DNA of 64,000 nt from Candidatus Andersenbacteria bacterium RIFCSPHIGHO2_02_FULL_46_16 (GTDB lineage: Bacteria > Patescibacteriota > Andersenbacteria > UBA10190). The notes under the pieces are model-generated. The model was given only the letters and a program-made list of their open reading frames with translations, was not told the DNA's origin and did not search any database. The stretch's first letter is position 1; the number at the start of each line of letters is the position of its first letter. Shown piece after piece: positions 39,080 through 48,879 of the stretch. The stretch covers positions 55,528 through 119,527 of the forward strand of contig MHHQ01000025.1 of assembly GCA_001817065.1 (NCBI GenBank), read 5' to 3'. The translations under genes were made by a program, and so were the position numbers.

Positions 39080-39856
39080 ATGGCTTCATTAGCATCACGT
39101 GTTGGTCAAATATTGCCTGAAGGTAATCTTAAAAACAGCCTTCGTTTAATTGGCTTTAAAGTTTTATTCACAACAGTTGGCACTAAACAAGTTCTCTTGG
39201 GTACTAATCACGATAAAGTACCAGCTAAAATATCCCGCTTGGTACTAACCCACGAAAGTCTTGGTACACGTGAGAACGAAGGCTATCTGCAGCACTACCA
39301 GCTAAAAACAGGGGATGTTGTAGTTAATGCCGGCTCTTATCATGGCTATTTTGCCATTTATGCCGCGCATAAAGTCGGCCCCAGTGGCCGCGTTATCTGC
39401 TTTGAGCCAGAACCAAATAATCGTCGATTATTAGTCCAAAATATTTCGCTTAATTCACTACCTAATATAACTGTTATTCCCGCCGGCCTTTGGAGTGCTG
39501 ACACTCGCTTGCCTTTAATATCAATGGGCTCAGGCAGTCGTCTTCAGCCAGATACATCTTGGGACAAACAAACCATATCGGTATGTACCCTTGATACCGC
39601 CCTAGCCAAACTCCGTGTATCGACGATTAATCTCCTCACCATGGATATTGAGGGTGCTGAAATCGAAGCACTCAAAGGCGCTCGCCAGACCCTAGTTAAT
39701 AATCGTGACATAAATATTGCCATTGCCTCCTATCATCGTGTTAATGGTCGTCCCACAGCCCCATATGTCGAAAAATTGTTGCGGCAATCTGGCTTATACG
39801 CGGAAACGTCCTATCCGCGCCATCTCACTACTTATGGATACTACCGCCACTCCTAA
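39080..39856 (+). CDS. FkbM-family methyltransferase
   Basis: VVVNAGSYHGYFAIYAAHKVGPSGRVICFEPEPNN and LLTMDIEGAEIEALKGA match the FkbM-domain motifs (vDvGAniG...fEPnp; lKiDvEGaE). Confidence 0.75.
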   Translation: MASLASRVGQILPEGNLKNSLRLIGFKVLFTTVGTKQVLLGTNHDKVPAKISRLVLTHESLGTRENEGYLQHYQLKTGDVVVNAGSYHGYFAIYAAHKVGPSGRVICFEPEPNNRRLLVQNISLNSLPNITVIPAGLWSADTRLPLISMGSGSRLQPDTSWDKQTISVCTLDTALAKLRVSTINLLTMDIEGAEIEALKGARQTLVNNRDINIAIASYHRVNGRPTAPYVEKLLRQSGLYAETSYPRHLTTYGYYRHS

Positions 39857-40775
39857 TACTTACCAGCAATTCTTTCGTGTTTTACGACATGAGCCGCCCT
39901 GGTTTATTTTTATTCTTCTTAATAACACCATTACCTGGTTTTTCCATAAGTATCTTTTGCGACAGCCCTATCTGCAAAAAAATATCCACGACTATCGCAT
40001 GTGCTTTGATTTATCTGATCCCGGTATCTCCCGCTCCCTGTTATTGGTCGGAGACCGTGAACGCGAACATCGTTTCATTCTAAAGAAGGCTGTTCAATCG
40101 GGCAACACAATTTTGGACCTCGGCGCTAATATTGGCTACTACGTTTTAATGGAACAAAAAATCATTGGCCCCTCAGGCCACGTTATTGCCATTGAACCAG
40201 AACCAAAAAATTTCGCTTTGCTGCAGCGAAACATTGATCTCAACTTTTTTACCAGCCGAACAACTGCAATCAATGCTGCTGTAAGCGATCATGACGGCTC
40301 TGCCCCGCTATTCTTATCTAAATTAGGCAATGTCCACAGCTTGAAAGAAAAACAAACAAACCAGTATACCGGACAATCTATTTCTGTGCAGACTATCTCG
40401 CTATCCACCATTGCCGATCGTTATCCGAATATTCATCTCATCCGTATGGATATCGAAGGTTATGAGCAAGAAATCTTGCGCTCACTAATCCAAATCAACA
40501 CTAGCAAGCCATGGCTACCAAAAATTCTGTTCGAATTGCATCCCCCTAAATACACCGACGATTTTCCGAAACTCCTGTCAGATCTTTATACCCTAGGCTA
40601 TCGGGCTTCTTATCTTGCTACGTCTAGCCCGTCCTTGCTAGCGCAAGAAGGTTTAACCTACATCGCTAAACTGCCCACCGACGGGACAGTCCGCTATATC
40701 GCCACCCAGGTTCCTTTATCATCCTTGCTCAAACTTTATCCGCGTACCCGCGCCGTATTATTGGAGCATGCTTAA
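39834..40775 (+). CDS. FkbM-family methyltransferase (second tandem copy)
   Basis: ILDLGANIGYYVLMEQKIIGPSGHVIAIEPEPKNF and IRMDIEGYEQEIL. The start was moved from the track's 39717 to the ATG at 39834, giving about a 20-nt overlap with the upstream gene. Confidence 0.7.
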   Translation: MDTTATPNTYQQFFRVLRHEPPWFIFILLNNTITWFFHKYLLRQPYLQKNIHDYRMCFDLSDPGISRSLLLVGDREREHRFILKKAVQSGNTILDLGANIGYYVLMEQKIIGPSGHVIAIEPEPKNFALLQRNIDLNFFTSRTTAINAAVSDHDGSAPLFLSKLGNVHSLKEKQTNQYTGQSISVQTISLSTIADRYPNIHLIRMDIEGYEQEILRSLIQINTSKPWLPKILFELHPPKYTDDFPKLLSDLYTLGYRASYLATSSPSLLAQEGLTYIAKLPTDGTVRYIATQVPLSSLLKLYPRTRAVLLEHA

Positions 40776-40814
40776 ACCAATACCACACTATTCCACCCTC
40801 TTTTGTGCCTCCAC

Positions 40815-41621
40815 TTATCTCAGCAAGATGTTCTCCTGCCCATTCTGATCTTGTGTAACTTGCGCCAGCCTTCGTCTGGTCTTTTGCATCTCCTTCCACA
40901 AACGAGCCATAATGATGCCCGACTCGACTATCAAGCCAAGATGAAAATTTGATTTCCCTCTCTGCCGATTTACGAAAGTTGTCGGCACCTCGGCTACACG
41001 TCCGCCTAATAATTGAACTTGGTACAGTTCCTGACTCAACATGATATATCCGTCAGCATTCAGACTATCTAAGTTAAACTGATCAATTAATGTGCGGTGA
41101 AACACCCGGTAACCATTCGTATAATCTTTAATCCCCGCCCTTAAAATTAGGCTGGCCGATAAATTAGCAGCTCTGCTAAACACCTGCCGGTACCACGGCC
41201 ACCCAACAATCCGGCTACCGACGACATATCTCGATCCGATGACCAATCCCGCCTCCTCGCTTCTCACTAATAGTCTCGGCAGTTCCTTTGGGTTATGCGA
41301 TCCATCCGCGTCAGCTACGGCAATCAATTCCGCCTGGGAATGCTTTCTCACCCACTCATAGCCTTTCTTCACTGCACCTCCTCGCCCTAATCGACCGCAC
41401 TTAAGCACGACGACCTTTTTGTCACCCAAATAGGTTTGCCTAACCAGTTCATCAGTACCATCTGCAGAACTATCCGCTATGATAATCTTAATATCCAATA
41501 CCACCGATCTAAGGGCTTGAATAATTTCTAAGATATTCTTCCTTTCGTTTAATGTCGGAATTATAATCGCAACTTTTTTGGTCATATTATGTTCCTCTTG
41601 CTCCGCCTCAAATTTAGCCAA
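40815..41621 (-). CDS. GT2 polyprenyl-phosphate glycosyltransferase (DPM1-like)
   Basis: VAIIIPTLNERKNILEII...IIIADSSADGTDELV...GRGGAVKKGYEWV...IAVADADGSHNP. The likely true start is the internal MTKKVAII. Confidence 0.8.
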   Translation of the reverse strand: MAKFEAEQEEHNMTKKVAIIIPTLNERKNILEIIQALRSVVLDIKIIIADSSADGTDELVRQTYLGDKKVVVLKCGRLGRGGAVKKGYEWVRKHSQAELIAVADADGSHNPKELPRLLVRSEEAGLVIGSRYVVGSRIVGWPWYRQVFSRAANLSASLILRAGIKDYTNGYRVFHRTLIDQFNLDSLNADGYIMLSQELYQVQLLGGRVAEVPTTFVNRQRGKSNFHLGLIVESGIIMARLWKEMQKTRRRLAQVTQDQNGQENILLR

Positions 41622-41747
41622 TTCTTCTTCTCTCTTTGTTGCTTCAATGCTTGATTTTTATCCTTTATTGACCCCTATGAGCATCGATACTTTCCCTAAC
41701 CTGAAAACGCAGAGCCCACCTCCATCCATAGATTAGTCAATGTTCTT

Positions 41748-42704
41748 TTATGCTCTCTGCTTTTCCTTGATAGCCTTCCCTGCATGAGCCATATACCACC
41801 GATGTGTTTCGGTTAGCCCTTGCAGCAGCGTATATTCGTGCTTATAACCCAACTTTCTTAGTTTCGACACATCTAATCGACGCAAAGGCATCCCGTCTGG
41901 CTTCGTGCCATCTAACACAATTTCTCCAGAATATCCTACAACCGTCTTTAACATTTCTACTAAATCTAAGATATTAATATCCTCACCAGTTCCTACATTA
42001 ATTATTTCTGGACTATTATATTTATCCATCAACAGCAATAAAGCACGCGCCAGATCGTCCACAAACATAAATTCCCTTCTCGGCTTGCCCGAGCCCCAGA
42101 CTTTTATAAACGGCTGGTTCGTCTCCTTCGCGACAACTAACTTATGCAATAATGCCGGTAACACATGGGCGAAACTATCGTTAAAAGTATCACCCGGACC
42201 ATATAAATTAGTGGGCATAGCTGAAATAAAATTGTCGCCATACTGGCGGTGGTATGCCTGACACAATTTAATCGCCGCGATTTTCGCGATAGCATATGCT
42301 TCGTTAGTCGGCTCCAGCTTACCAGTCATGAAATACTCCTCTCTAATTGGCTGCTGGCTATCTTTCGGATAAATGCAAGCACTGCCTAGGTTTAATAGTT
42401 TTTCAACCTTATGTTCATGCGAAGCATGAATTATATTCGTCGCTATTTGTAAATTTTGGTACAAAAAATCTACCGGGTGCGTATCATTGTCTAATATTCC
42501 ACCCACTCTAGCGGCAGCTATTATGACAAATTGCGGCCTCTGTCGCACAAACCAATGGTCTACGGCAGTTTTGTCAGTCAGATCCAGATCCTCTCTCGTT
42601 TGATATACCAGGTTAGTATACCCCTTCTTCCTTAACAATCTTACTACAGCCGATCCGACTAATCCACTATGTCCGGCAATATATATTTTGTCTGTTTTGT
42701 TCAT
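41748..42704 (-). CDS. fcl: GDP-L-fucose synthase (GDP-4-keto-6-deoxy-D-mannose 3,5-epimerase/4-reductase); a ColC-type enzyme cannot be excluded
   Basis: [69 protein letters not shown] and [16 protein letters not shown] match Fcl along the full length (318 aa). Confidence 0.85.
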   Translation of the reverse strand: [318 protein letters not shown]

Positions 42705-42787
42705 TTACAAATTATTATGCTCAGTATATAAACGTCTTATTTATATATCAACCATCCTTTTTACAGTCATTTAGTTTTTTGTCCTGA

Positions 42788-43792
42788 TTATATATTAATC
42801 TTTCGATAAATTCTTCGCCATATATTAGGATGTCTCCACGCTTCAATCCTCGGTGCCCACCGCTGATAAAATTCTTGGTTGTGACGCAAACGCTTTAATA
42901 TTTCACTCGTGACCGGTTGCGGCGCTATACCGGGTTGCGTTAACTCTGGCCGCGCTAGTACTAGAATTCTAGCCGTCATTATCCGCCTAATATCCCCGGC
43001 TTTCATTTTCTTACCGTCAAAGCGGGGACTTTTGATACTGACGATTTCAAACCCTGTTTTTGCTAATAAGTAACGAACACTTTCATCATTAAACATAAAT
43101 GGATGCATTATCTCAACCATTTGATTTATTGGACGATTTAAGACAGTACTGACCGCATCATACAAACTTAAAAACAGAAGGCCCTTAGGCGACAGCATAG
43201 ATTTTATTTTCAGTAGGTTTCCTTTGGGATCGAGTGTGTGATTAAGGGTTTGGGCACAGATGATCAAATCAAATTTTTTATCAGTCACAAAGTCCTCAAA
43301 TAGCCCCTGAAAAATTTGACTACCGGTACGGCGCGTTGCGTCTTCCGCTACCCGAATCACCGGTTCCACTCCGTGGGTTACAATTTTAGGATAATACTTC
43401 ATCCAAGCCGCCATCGTACCGCCGTTGCAGCAGCCAATATCCAGTAACGACTTTACTGGAAGCTTAATTTGCTCCCTGATCAGGGGAATCATAGTCTTTT
43501 CAGCATGCTGATATTGCTTATTGAAAATATGGTTAAGTCCGCTATCCGTACCGATCGCCGCTCTCCGATAATCTGCTTTATTTAATTCGGCATATTTATC
43601 ATCAGTCGGACGAGGATTGATAAACATTACACCGCAGTTTTTGCACATCACGGCCTTCAGCGGCAAACCATATTTTTCACTATGACAAAAAGGTGTTACC
43701 TCCACCCCACCACACAAATTGCAGGGAAGTGAGATCAACTCTCTAGTATAAGCTTTTAGGTTTACCTTCATTACGTGAATCATAACTGACAA
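42788..43792 (-). CDS. Class I SAM-dependent methyltransferase with an N-terminal Cys4 zinc-ribbon
   Basis: CNLCGG...CKNCG are paired Cys motifs. LLDIGCCNGGTMAAWMKYYPKIVTHGVEP is motif I. Confidence 0.7.
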   Translation of the reverse strand: MSVMIHVMKVNLKAYTRELISLPCNLCGGVEVTPFCHSEKYGLPLKAVMCKNCGVMFINPRPTDDKYAELNKADYRRAAIGTDSGLNHIFNKQYQHAEKTMIPLIREQIKLPVKSLLDIGCCNGGTMAAWMKYYPKIVTHGVEPVIRVAEDATRRTGSQIFQGLFEDFVTDKKFDLIICAQTLNHTLDPKGNLLKIKSMLSPKGLLFLSLYDAVSTVLNRPINQMVEIMHPFMFNDESVRYLLAKTGFEIVSIKSPRFDGKKMKAGDIRRIMTARILVLARPELTQPGIAPQPVTSEILKRLRHNQEFYQRWAPRIEAWRHPNIWRRIYRKINI

Positions 43793-43946
43793 GCCTCACT
43801 GCCATCAATAGAATATGCCCCAAACAATGTGCAGCCCACACCAGATAGCTAGTATCGCCGTTGCTTCTCGCCCATCCTTACTCTTGCGAGGCCGGTGTCC
43901 GTCCACGGAGTATGTTGTATAACCAGCAATAGGGTAAAATTAACCG

Positions 43947-45209
43947 ATGAAAGCAATTCATTGGCCAGCCGTCGAGGACTTTTTACAAGCACAATTTAAA
44001 TTTGATGTCGCGCATTATTTAAGAAGTGGTTGGTGGTCAGTGTTCAGCAATATAGTGCAGGCTGCCAGCGGTTTAACGCTCGCCATTCTTTTTGCCCATT
44101 TAGCATCCAAAGAAGTATTTGGTGAATTCCAATTGGTCATCTCAATCATTTCCATGACGGCCGTCATCTCATTGAAAGGATTAGATACTGTCATTGTTCG
44201 TGACGCAGCTCAAGGCAAAGAAGGTATCTTGCGTCGGGCGTCAAGACTACGTTGGCAGTGGAGTTGGCTCGCCTTACCTGTCCTGAGCGGACTAGGCTGG
44301 TATTATTGGCAACTTGGCCAAGCCCGAATCGGTTTCGCTCTTGTTTTATCCGGTCTACTCGCCCCCTGGAATTACTTGGCACCAACCTGGGAAGATTTCG
44401 TTAAAGGTCGTCAGCTGTGGAAACAATACTCGTTGTTTACATCACTAAGATCCGGTGCTGTTCTCTGCTTTGTTGGTTTATCGATTTGGCTTAGCCAGGG
44501 AAATCTGCTCGTTGTTTTTTCGATGTATTTGCTCATCAACCTAATCTTGAACCAAGGCTTAATCTGGTTTTACAAACGAAGCGTAAAGAACGATAACGTC
44601 AACGCCGACTGGAAGTCTTATGGAATGTTCTTGTCGAAATTAAGTTGGCTTAAGACCATTGTGGCTAATTTAGATAAGGTACTAGTAGGAATAATTATTT
44701 CGCCCTCCGCTTTGGCGGTTTATTCAATCGCCCTGATTATCCCGAATTATTTGCAATTAGCAGTTAAGGGGTTTTTTCAAACCACGAGTCCCCGCTTAAG
44801 CGGACGTAAACAAATCTACTGGCACGAATTAGCGATTACGGGGTTTTTTGGTCTGGTTTTTGCCTTAATTACCGTCGTCGCAGTAAAGCTTTTGCTAATC
44901 AGATTCTTTGGCGAATCATATCAACCAGCCCTTCCGCTGGCTTATATCGCAGCCACGGCCATGATTTTCCATCCCATTGCCCTTTATCTGGTCAATTTTG
45001 CCAATATGAATAACCGGAAAGACGCGCTCGTTAAATGTAATTTAATTTGTCCGATTGTCCGATTAACATTGCTCTTATGGTTAGGCAGCCAATGGCATGA
45101 AACAGGCTTCGCGCTAGTCTATGCCATTATGGGTTTAGTTTGGGTTATTGTCCCCATTTGGTTGTTAAAAATCAACTGGCGACAATTAACGGTGGGAGAG
45201 CTTAACTGA
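43947..45209 (+). CDS. Wzx-type oligosaccharide flippase (polysaccharide biosynthesis protein, MOP superfamily)
   Basis: 420 aa with 12 predicted TM helices. The N-terminus (VFSNIVQAASGLTLAILFAHLASKEVFGEFQLVISIISMTAV) has the Polysacc_synt-type arrangement. Confidence 0.6.
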   Translation: MKAIHWPAVEDFLQAQFKFDVAHYLRSGWWSVFSNIVQAASGLTLAILFAHLASKEVFGEFQLVISIISMTAVISLKGLDTVIVRDAAQGKEGILRRASRLRWQWSWLALPVLSGLGWYYWQLGQARIGFALVLSGLLAPWNYLAPTWEDFVKGRQLWKQYSLFTSLRSGAVLCFVGLSIWLSQGNLLVVFSMYLLINLILNQGLIWFYKRSVKNDNVNADWKSYGMFLSKLSWLKTIVANLDKVLVGIIISPSALAVYSIALIIPNYLQLAVKGFFQTTSPRLSGRKQIYWHELAITGFFGLVFALITVVAVKLLLIRFFGESYQPALPLAYIAATAMIFHPIALYLVNFANMNNRKDALVKCNLICPIVRLTLLLWLGSQWHETGFALVYAIMGLVWVIVPIWLLKINWRQLTVGELN

Positions 45210-45214
45210 ATACA

Positions 45215-46201
45215 TCAATGATCTATTTTTACATTGCCAAGAGTACCGCGCAGACGCCCGCGGGAGTTTGGTGCTCGCAGCCAGTCCGCTAGCGTTTGAA
45301 AATATTTTGACAAACGTCCTCGACCCGGGAAATCAGGCAGTATTCGTTCTACCGAACGAATAGCTTTAATTGAATTTGACAGCCGGTCGATCTCCTTGTT
45401 GGACAGCCAACCATAAGAATTATTTGTTAGCTCCAAGGCATAGTCAAGATACCCATAGTGTAGGCAAATCAGCACCGCATAATATATTTTCAGTTTTTGC
45501 TGATCGGGTGACCAGTTATTTAATAGCTGGAAGTAGCTATTCATATTTCTAAGATATAAGGCATCCCCAGCTAATAATTGTCCTTTTCGGTTCCCATAGT
45601 TTAAACCAATCTGGCGCTTGAAGTATTGTGGCCGTATATCAAAAAGATAGAAACCAAGAGACTGCAAATACTGGTCGACCTGGGAAAATAGCGGCTGTTT
45701 CTGGTAAAGTGGCGCGAACTCGATCTCAACTTCCACGCCAAACCCGTATTTTTGCAAAAATTTATTCCCACCCTGCAGAATTAGCAGTTCAGAACCTTGC
45801 GTATCTAGTTGCAAAAAGTCACCACTCGTTACCAAACCTTCCTGATTAAGATTATCCAGTGTGTCGACTTTTACTTCCGATTGACCTGTTAATTGAAAGT
45901 AGTCGGCAACTGCAAACCGGTCTAAAAAATCCTGGTTTGGTTTATAAATTGAAGAGACAGCTGGATTTTTAGTTTGGTAAAAGGTAACCGAGTCGCGGTG
46001 GTCCAACAAACCTATATTAATATAATGTTGATTATCCAACTGTGGTAAATTGAGATAAGAATTAGGATCTGGTTCAAAACCAATTACGTTTAACAGATCA
46101 GCGTACGGCCGCCAATGTTCTGGCAATCCACCGCTCGCGCCAATCAGTAAAAATGTCAGCGGATGACTGCCAACTTCCTTTGTTAATACGGTCGGTAGCA
46201 T
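45215..46201 (-). CDS. FkbM-family methyltransferase-like
   Basis: FLLIGASGGLPEHW...VIGFEPDPNSY and LQLDTQGSELLILQGG match the FkbM motifs. Confidence 0.55.
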   Translation of the reverse strand: MLPTVLTKEVGSHPLTFLLIGASGGLPEHWRPYADLLNVIGFEPDPNSYLNLPQLDNQHYINIGLLDHRDSVTFYQTKNPAVSSIYKPNQDFLDRFAVADYFQLTGQSEVKVDTLDNLNQEGLVTSGDFLQLDTQGSELLILQGGNKFLQKYGFGVEVEIEFAPLYQKQPLFSQVDQYLQSLGFYLFDIRPQYFKRQIGLNYGNRKGQLLAGDALYLRNMNSYFQLLNNWSPDQQKLKIYYAVLICLHYGYLDYALELTNNSYGWLSNKEIDRLSNSIKAIRSVERILPDFPGRGRLSKYFQTLADWLRAPNSRGRLRGTLGNVKIDH

Positions 46202-46204
46202 ATC

Positions 46205-47296
46205 TTATAATTTTTCCTGCATCGCGTTAATTAAGTATCGGCTGCGGGCTTCAATAGTATGTCCACTCAAAACATCTTGTCGCCAATTCTTGGCTAGCCG
46301 TTCCAGTTCTGCTGGTTTTTGCAAGTAATTCTTTAGTTTTTGCAACGTCACATTTGCATCAGCTAAATAATAGCGACGGTTTCGTAATACAACATCATAC
46401 ACAATTGCATTACGTCCATCCCTAATCGGCGGCCCACAGGTTTCAATAAATGGTTTCGGCAACATAATGGCAACATTGTGTGCTAGACCAACCTCACAAT
46501 GTCTAAACGAATCCCAACAGCGGCCAGATGGAGATAATGCTACCCTGGCTTGCGACAAAAAGTCCCAATATTGACGGTTGGTGATAAAGGTCGACCGATC
46601 GTCATGCGTCATAATATTCGTGTCTGGTATCTTTTCCTGCACTGCCTCTACTATTTGAGCCCGTTCCGGTGACGATTGGTCTTCACGCTTTCGCCCATTA
46701 TAAAATACCGACTTAGTCTTTCGTTTTTTTATAAATTGGTATGATGATGGCCTGACCGGAATTGGTCCAAATGGTAATATCTGATCCGTTCCCAAGCCAA
46801 TGGGCAAGTCCTTTTTAAAATATATGTCGTAATCCCTTCCCTCTTTGAAATCAAGTGTTAAGTGCTCATCTATATCCGGATCACCATAGAGGGTGTCATA
46901 GTCAGGAATATCCAATATTGCTACTGGTAAATTGAATCGTCTAGCTCTTTTGATTACCTGCGCAATCAGATCAGGCTCCCCGATAGCCGAAATAATCACC
47001 GCGTCAATCTGACGCAAGGTCTTGTCAATCTGCTTTCTCTTAATAAATGTTGGCCTGGTAGCACCATGACAAGAAGGATATGGGCAAGACAGCGGGAAAT
47101 TAGCGGCAAATACCGATGGATAATATTGGCCGATAACAAAAACATTGTCTGGTCCTAAGACACTTGGCAAATCTCCAGCATATTGTATTTCGGCGTGATG
47201 AGGCAGCTCCTGACGATAAACCTTGCTTTTAATAAATTCAAAATAATTAAAAAGCAACCGTCTGGAAGGCACAAGTAAAATCTTATCAATGGTCAT
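46205..47296 (-). CDS. Hypothetical protein (363 aa). Its start codon lies 7 nt from repeat copy 3.
   Basis: Clean ORF in operon context. No family recognised. Confidence 0.4.
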   Translation of the reverse strand: MTIDKILLVPSRRLLFNYFEFIKSKVYRQELPHHAEIQYAGDLPSVLGPDNVFVIGQYYPSVFAANFPLSCPYPSCHGATRPTFIKRKQIDKTLRQIDAVIISAIGEPDLIAQVIKRARRFNLPVAILDIPDYDTLYGDPDIDEHLTLDFKEGRDYDIYFKKDLPIGLGTDQILPFGPIPVRPSSYQFIKKRKTKSVFYNGRKREDQSSPERAQIVEAVQEKIPDTNIMTHDDRSTFITNRQYWDFLSQARVALSPSGRCWDSFRHCEVGLAHNVAIMLPKPFIETCGPPIRDGRNAIVYDVVLRNRRYYLADANVTLQKLKNYLQKPAELERLAKNWRQDVLSGHTIEARSRYLINAMQEKL

Positions 47297-47303
47297 TTCT
47301 TTA

Positions 47304-47469
47304 TATAGATATCACCTTATTAAATGCCACCTTAAAATAAAACGGGTGGCGGCGCGGGGGACCCCCGCCGAGCCCCAGCAGGCTGCCCGCAGGGCCGATG
47401 CGGTCGGGCGGGGGTGCAGCGCCGACAGTCCCCGTCACTATATTTGTGGCATTTCATAAGGTGACTTCC
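47304..47469 (-). mobile_element. Foldback/MITE-like repeat, copy 3 (diverged, about 90% identical, 166 nt)
   Basis: Reverse-complement orientation. It carries compensatory substitutions in both TIR arms and both core stem arms, a 3-nt internal deletion and a diverged outer end. Confidence 0.8.
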
Positions 47470-48613
47470 TTGCATTGATTTTACTGGGTTGACGTTGCTT
47501 TGATACCCTCACTATCCCTGAATCACCCACACCCAACTTATCTAACGCCTCTAACCAAAGTTTCATACCGACCGACATCTGCGCTAAGCTCCAAATATTT
47601 TTAACCTTTCCCCGCTTGCCAGCGCACAGGTTAAATTCCGAATATTCTTCGTCTATTCGTACGGCAATTTCTTCATATCCGCCAAGTAAAGACTTTGCTT
47701 TTAGATCAAGCGACCACAAGAAATCAACCAACGTTTCGGTTAGTGCCATGCCTTGCAGCTCCAGTAAAAAGTCTTGGTAATTATGATGGTCATTACGGTG
47801 TTGTGTTACTACTGGCGACCCATACGCCACCGCCAATCCAAATTGATCCGCCAAGAACTTACTAATATATGAAGAATAAATGTCATCAAACCTGCCAATA
47901 AACGGGCACAAAAACGCTGTCAACCAAAAACTATTAAGATAAGCCGTATTCTGTGTATCAAGGGGGCAGATCATATTTTTACCTAACACCAGCCGTTCTT
48001 TACGCCGCACTTTATAATCTCCCCGCAATCCTTTTATTCTCTCAATCGCATCCACGTCCGGGTTCTGTTCCCACAATCCTTGGTTCATTGCGATTTTTAC
48101 CTTTTTTTGCTTTCTTCTAACCTTTCTCTCCTTATTTTTCTCACGGTCGAACGGCGAGAAGCCTCTCATGAATATTGGCTCATCATAAAATGGTTCTAAG
48201 GCGTTATACCAAGTAGGGCTACCAGCTTCCACCACTTTTCCGCGATAGACGCCGCTGCTATGTTTGCTTAAAAAATCAGTTTCTTTTAATAGGTTATCGT
48301 CATCCAAAGTGATTAGAACGTCGTCTGATCGCAACCCTTGTTTAATACAAAACAAGTAGGCAAAATTACGCCGGTCAATCGAATTAAAGGGAATATATTT
48401 AGTTATAGCCAACTCCTTGAACTCTTTTAACTGCGCCTTTACATCTAAATACGTCACTCCTGCAAACTGGCTGCAATATTCCTTGACTTCTTCCGGCGTT
48501 TTTAAATCACCCGCAATCACGAACATGTACTCATGTCCGTGCATTTTAAAATCGTTAATATATTCCTCAATAAAAGTCGGCTTATTTATAGTGGTGGTTG
48601 CAACGTAGTACAT
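47438..48613 (-). CDS. Putative GT-A-fold glycosyltransferase (STELLO/DUF288- or RGP-like). Its C-terminal codons and stop are supplied by repeat copy 3.
   Basis: MYYVATTTINKPTF...FVIAGDLKTP...VLITLDDDNLL (DxD). The family assignment is tentative. The ORF ends ...SPYEMPQI-TAG inside the repeat. Its ATG is 1 nt from repeat copy 4. Confidence 0.4.
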   Translation of the reverse strand: MYYVATTTINKPTFIEEYINDFKMHGHEYMFVIAGDLKTPEEVKEYCSQFAGVTYLDVKAQLKEFKELAITKYIPFNSIDRRNFAYLFCIKQGLRSDDVLITLDDDNLLKETDFLSKHSSGVYRGKVVEAGSPTWYNALEPFYDEPIFMRGFSPFDREKNKERKVRRKQKKVKIAMNQGLWEQNPDVDAIERIKGLRGDYKVRRKERLVLGKNMICPLDTQNTAYLNSFWLTAFLCPFIGRFDDIYSSYISKFLADQFGLAVAYGSPVVTQHRNDHHNYQDFLLELQGMALTETLVDFLWSLDLKAKSLLGGYEEIAVRIDEEYSEFNLCAGKRGKVKNIWSLAQMSVGMKLWLEALDKLGVGDSGIVRVSKQRQPSKINARKSPYEMPQI

Positions 48614-48614
48614 A

Positions 48615-48786
48615 TATAGATGTCACATTATGAAATGCCACTCTTAAATAAACGGGTGGCGGCGCGGGGGACCCCCACCGAGCGCCTGCAGGCTGCCCGC
48701 CTGGCAGGCCGAAGCCGTCGGGTGGGGGTGCAGCGCCGACAGGGCCCGTCACTATATTTGTGGCATTTCATAATGTGACTTCCATA
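48615..48786 (-). mobile_element. 172-bp foldback/MITE-like repeat, copy 4
   Basis: The exact reverse complement of copies 1 and 2 over all 172 nt. Confidence 0.85.
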
Positions 48787-48879
48787 GTTATTTATCTAAA
48801 CTACCAAATGCTCCCGTAAAAACAAACTCCTACGCTAATGATTTGTCCCTCTTAGCTAACAACATGACTGCCTTCCTCG

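Noticed and set aside
36551-48786. Interpreting the four repeats as integron attC sites bounding gene cassettes
   Set aside because: No integrase or attI is in the window. The repeats are sequence-identical, whereas attC sites are structure-conserved but sequence-variable. The repeats have long perfect TIRs with TA ends that are more like MITEs. The flanked cassettes are in opposite orientations. The cassette analogy is kept only as a geometric description.
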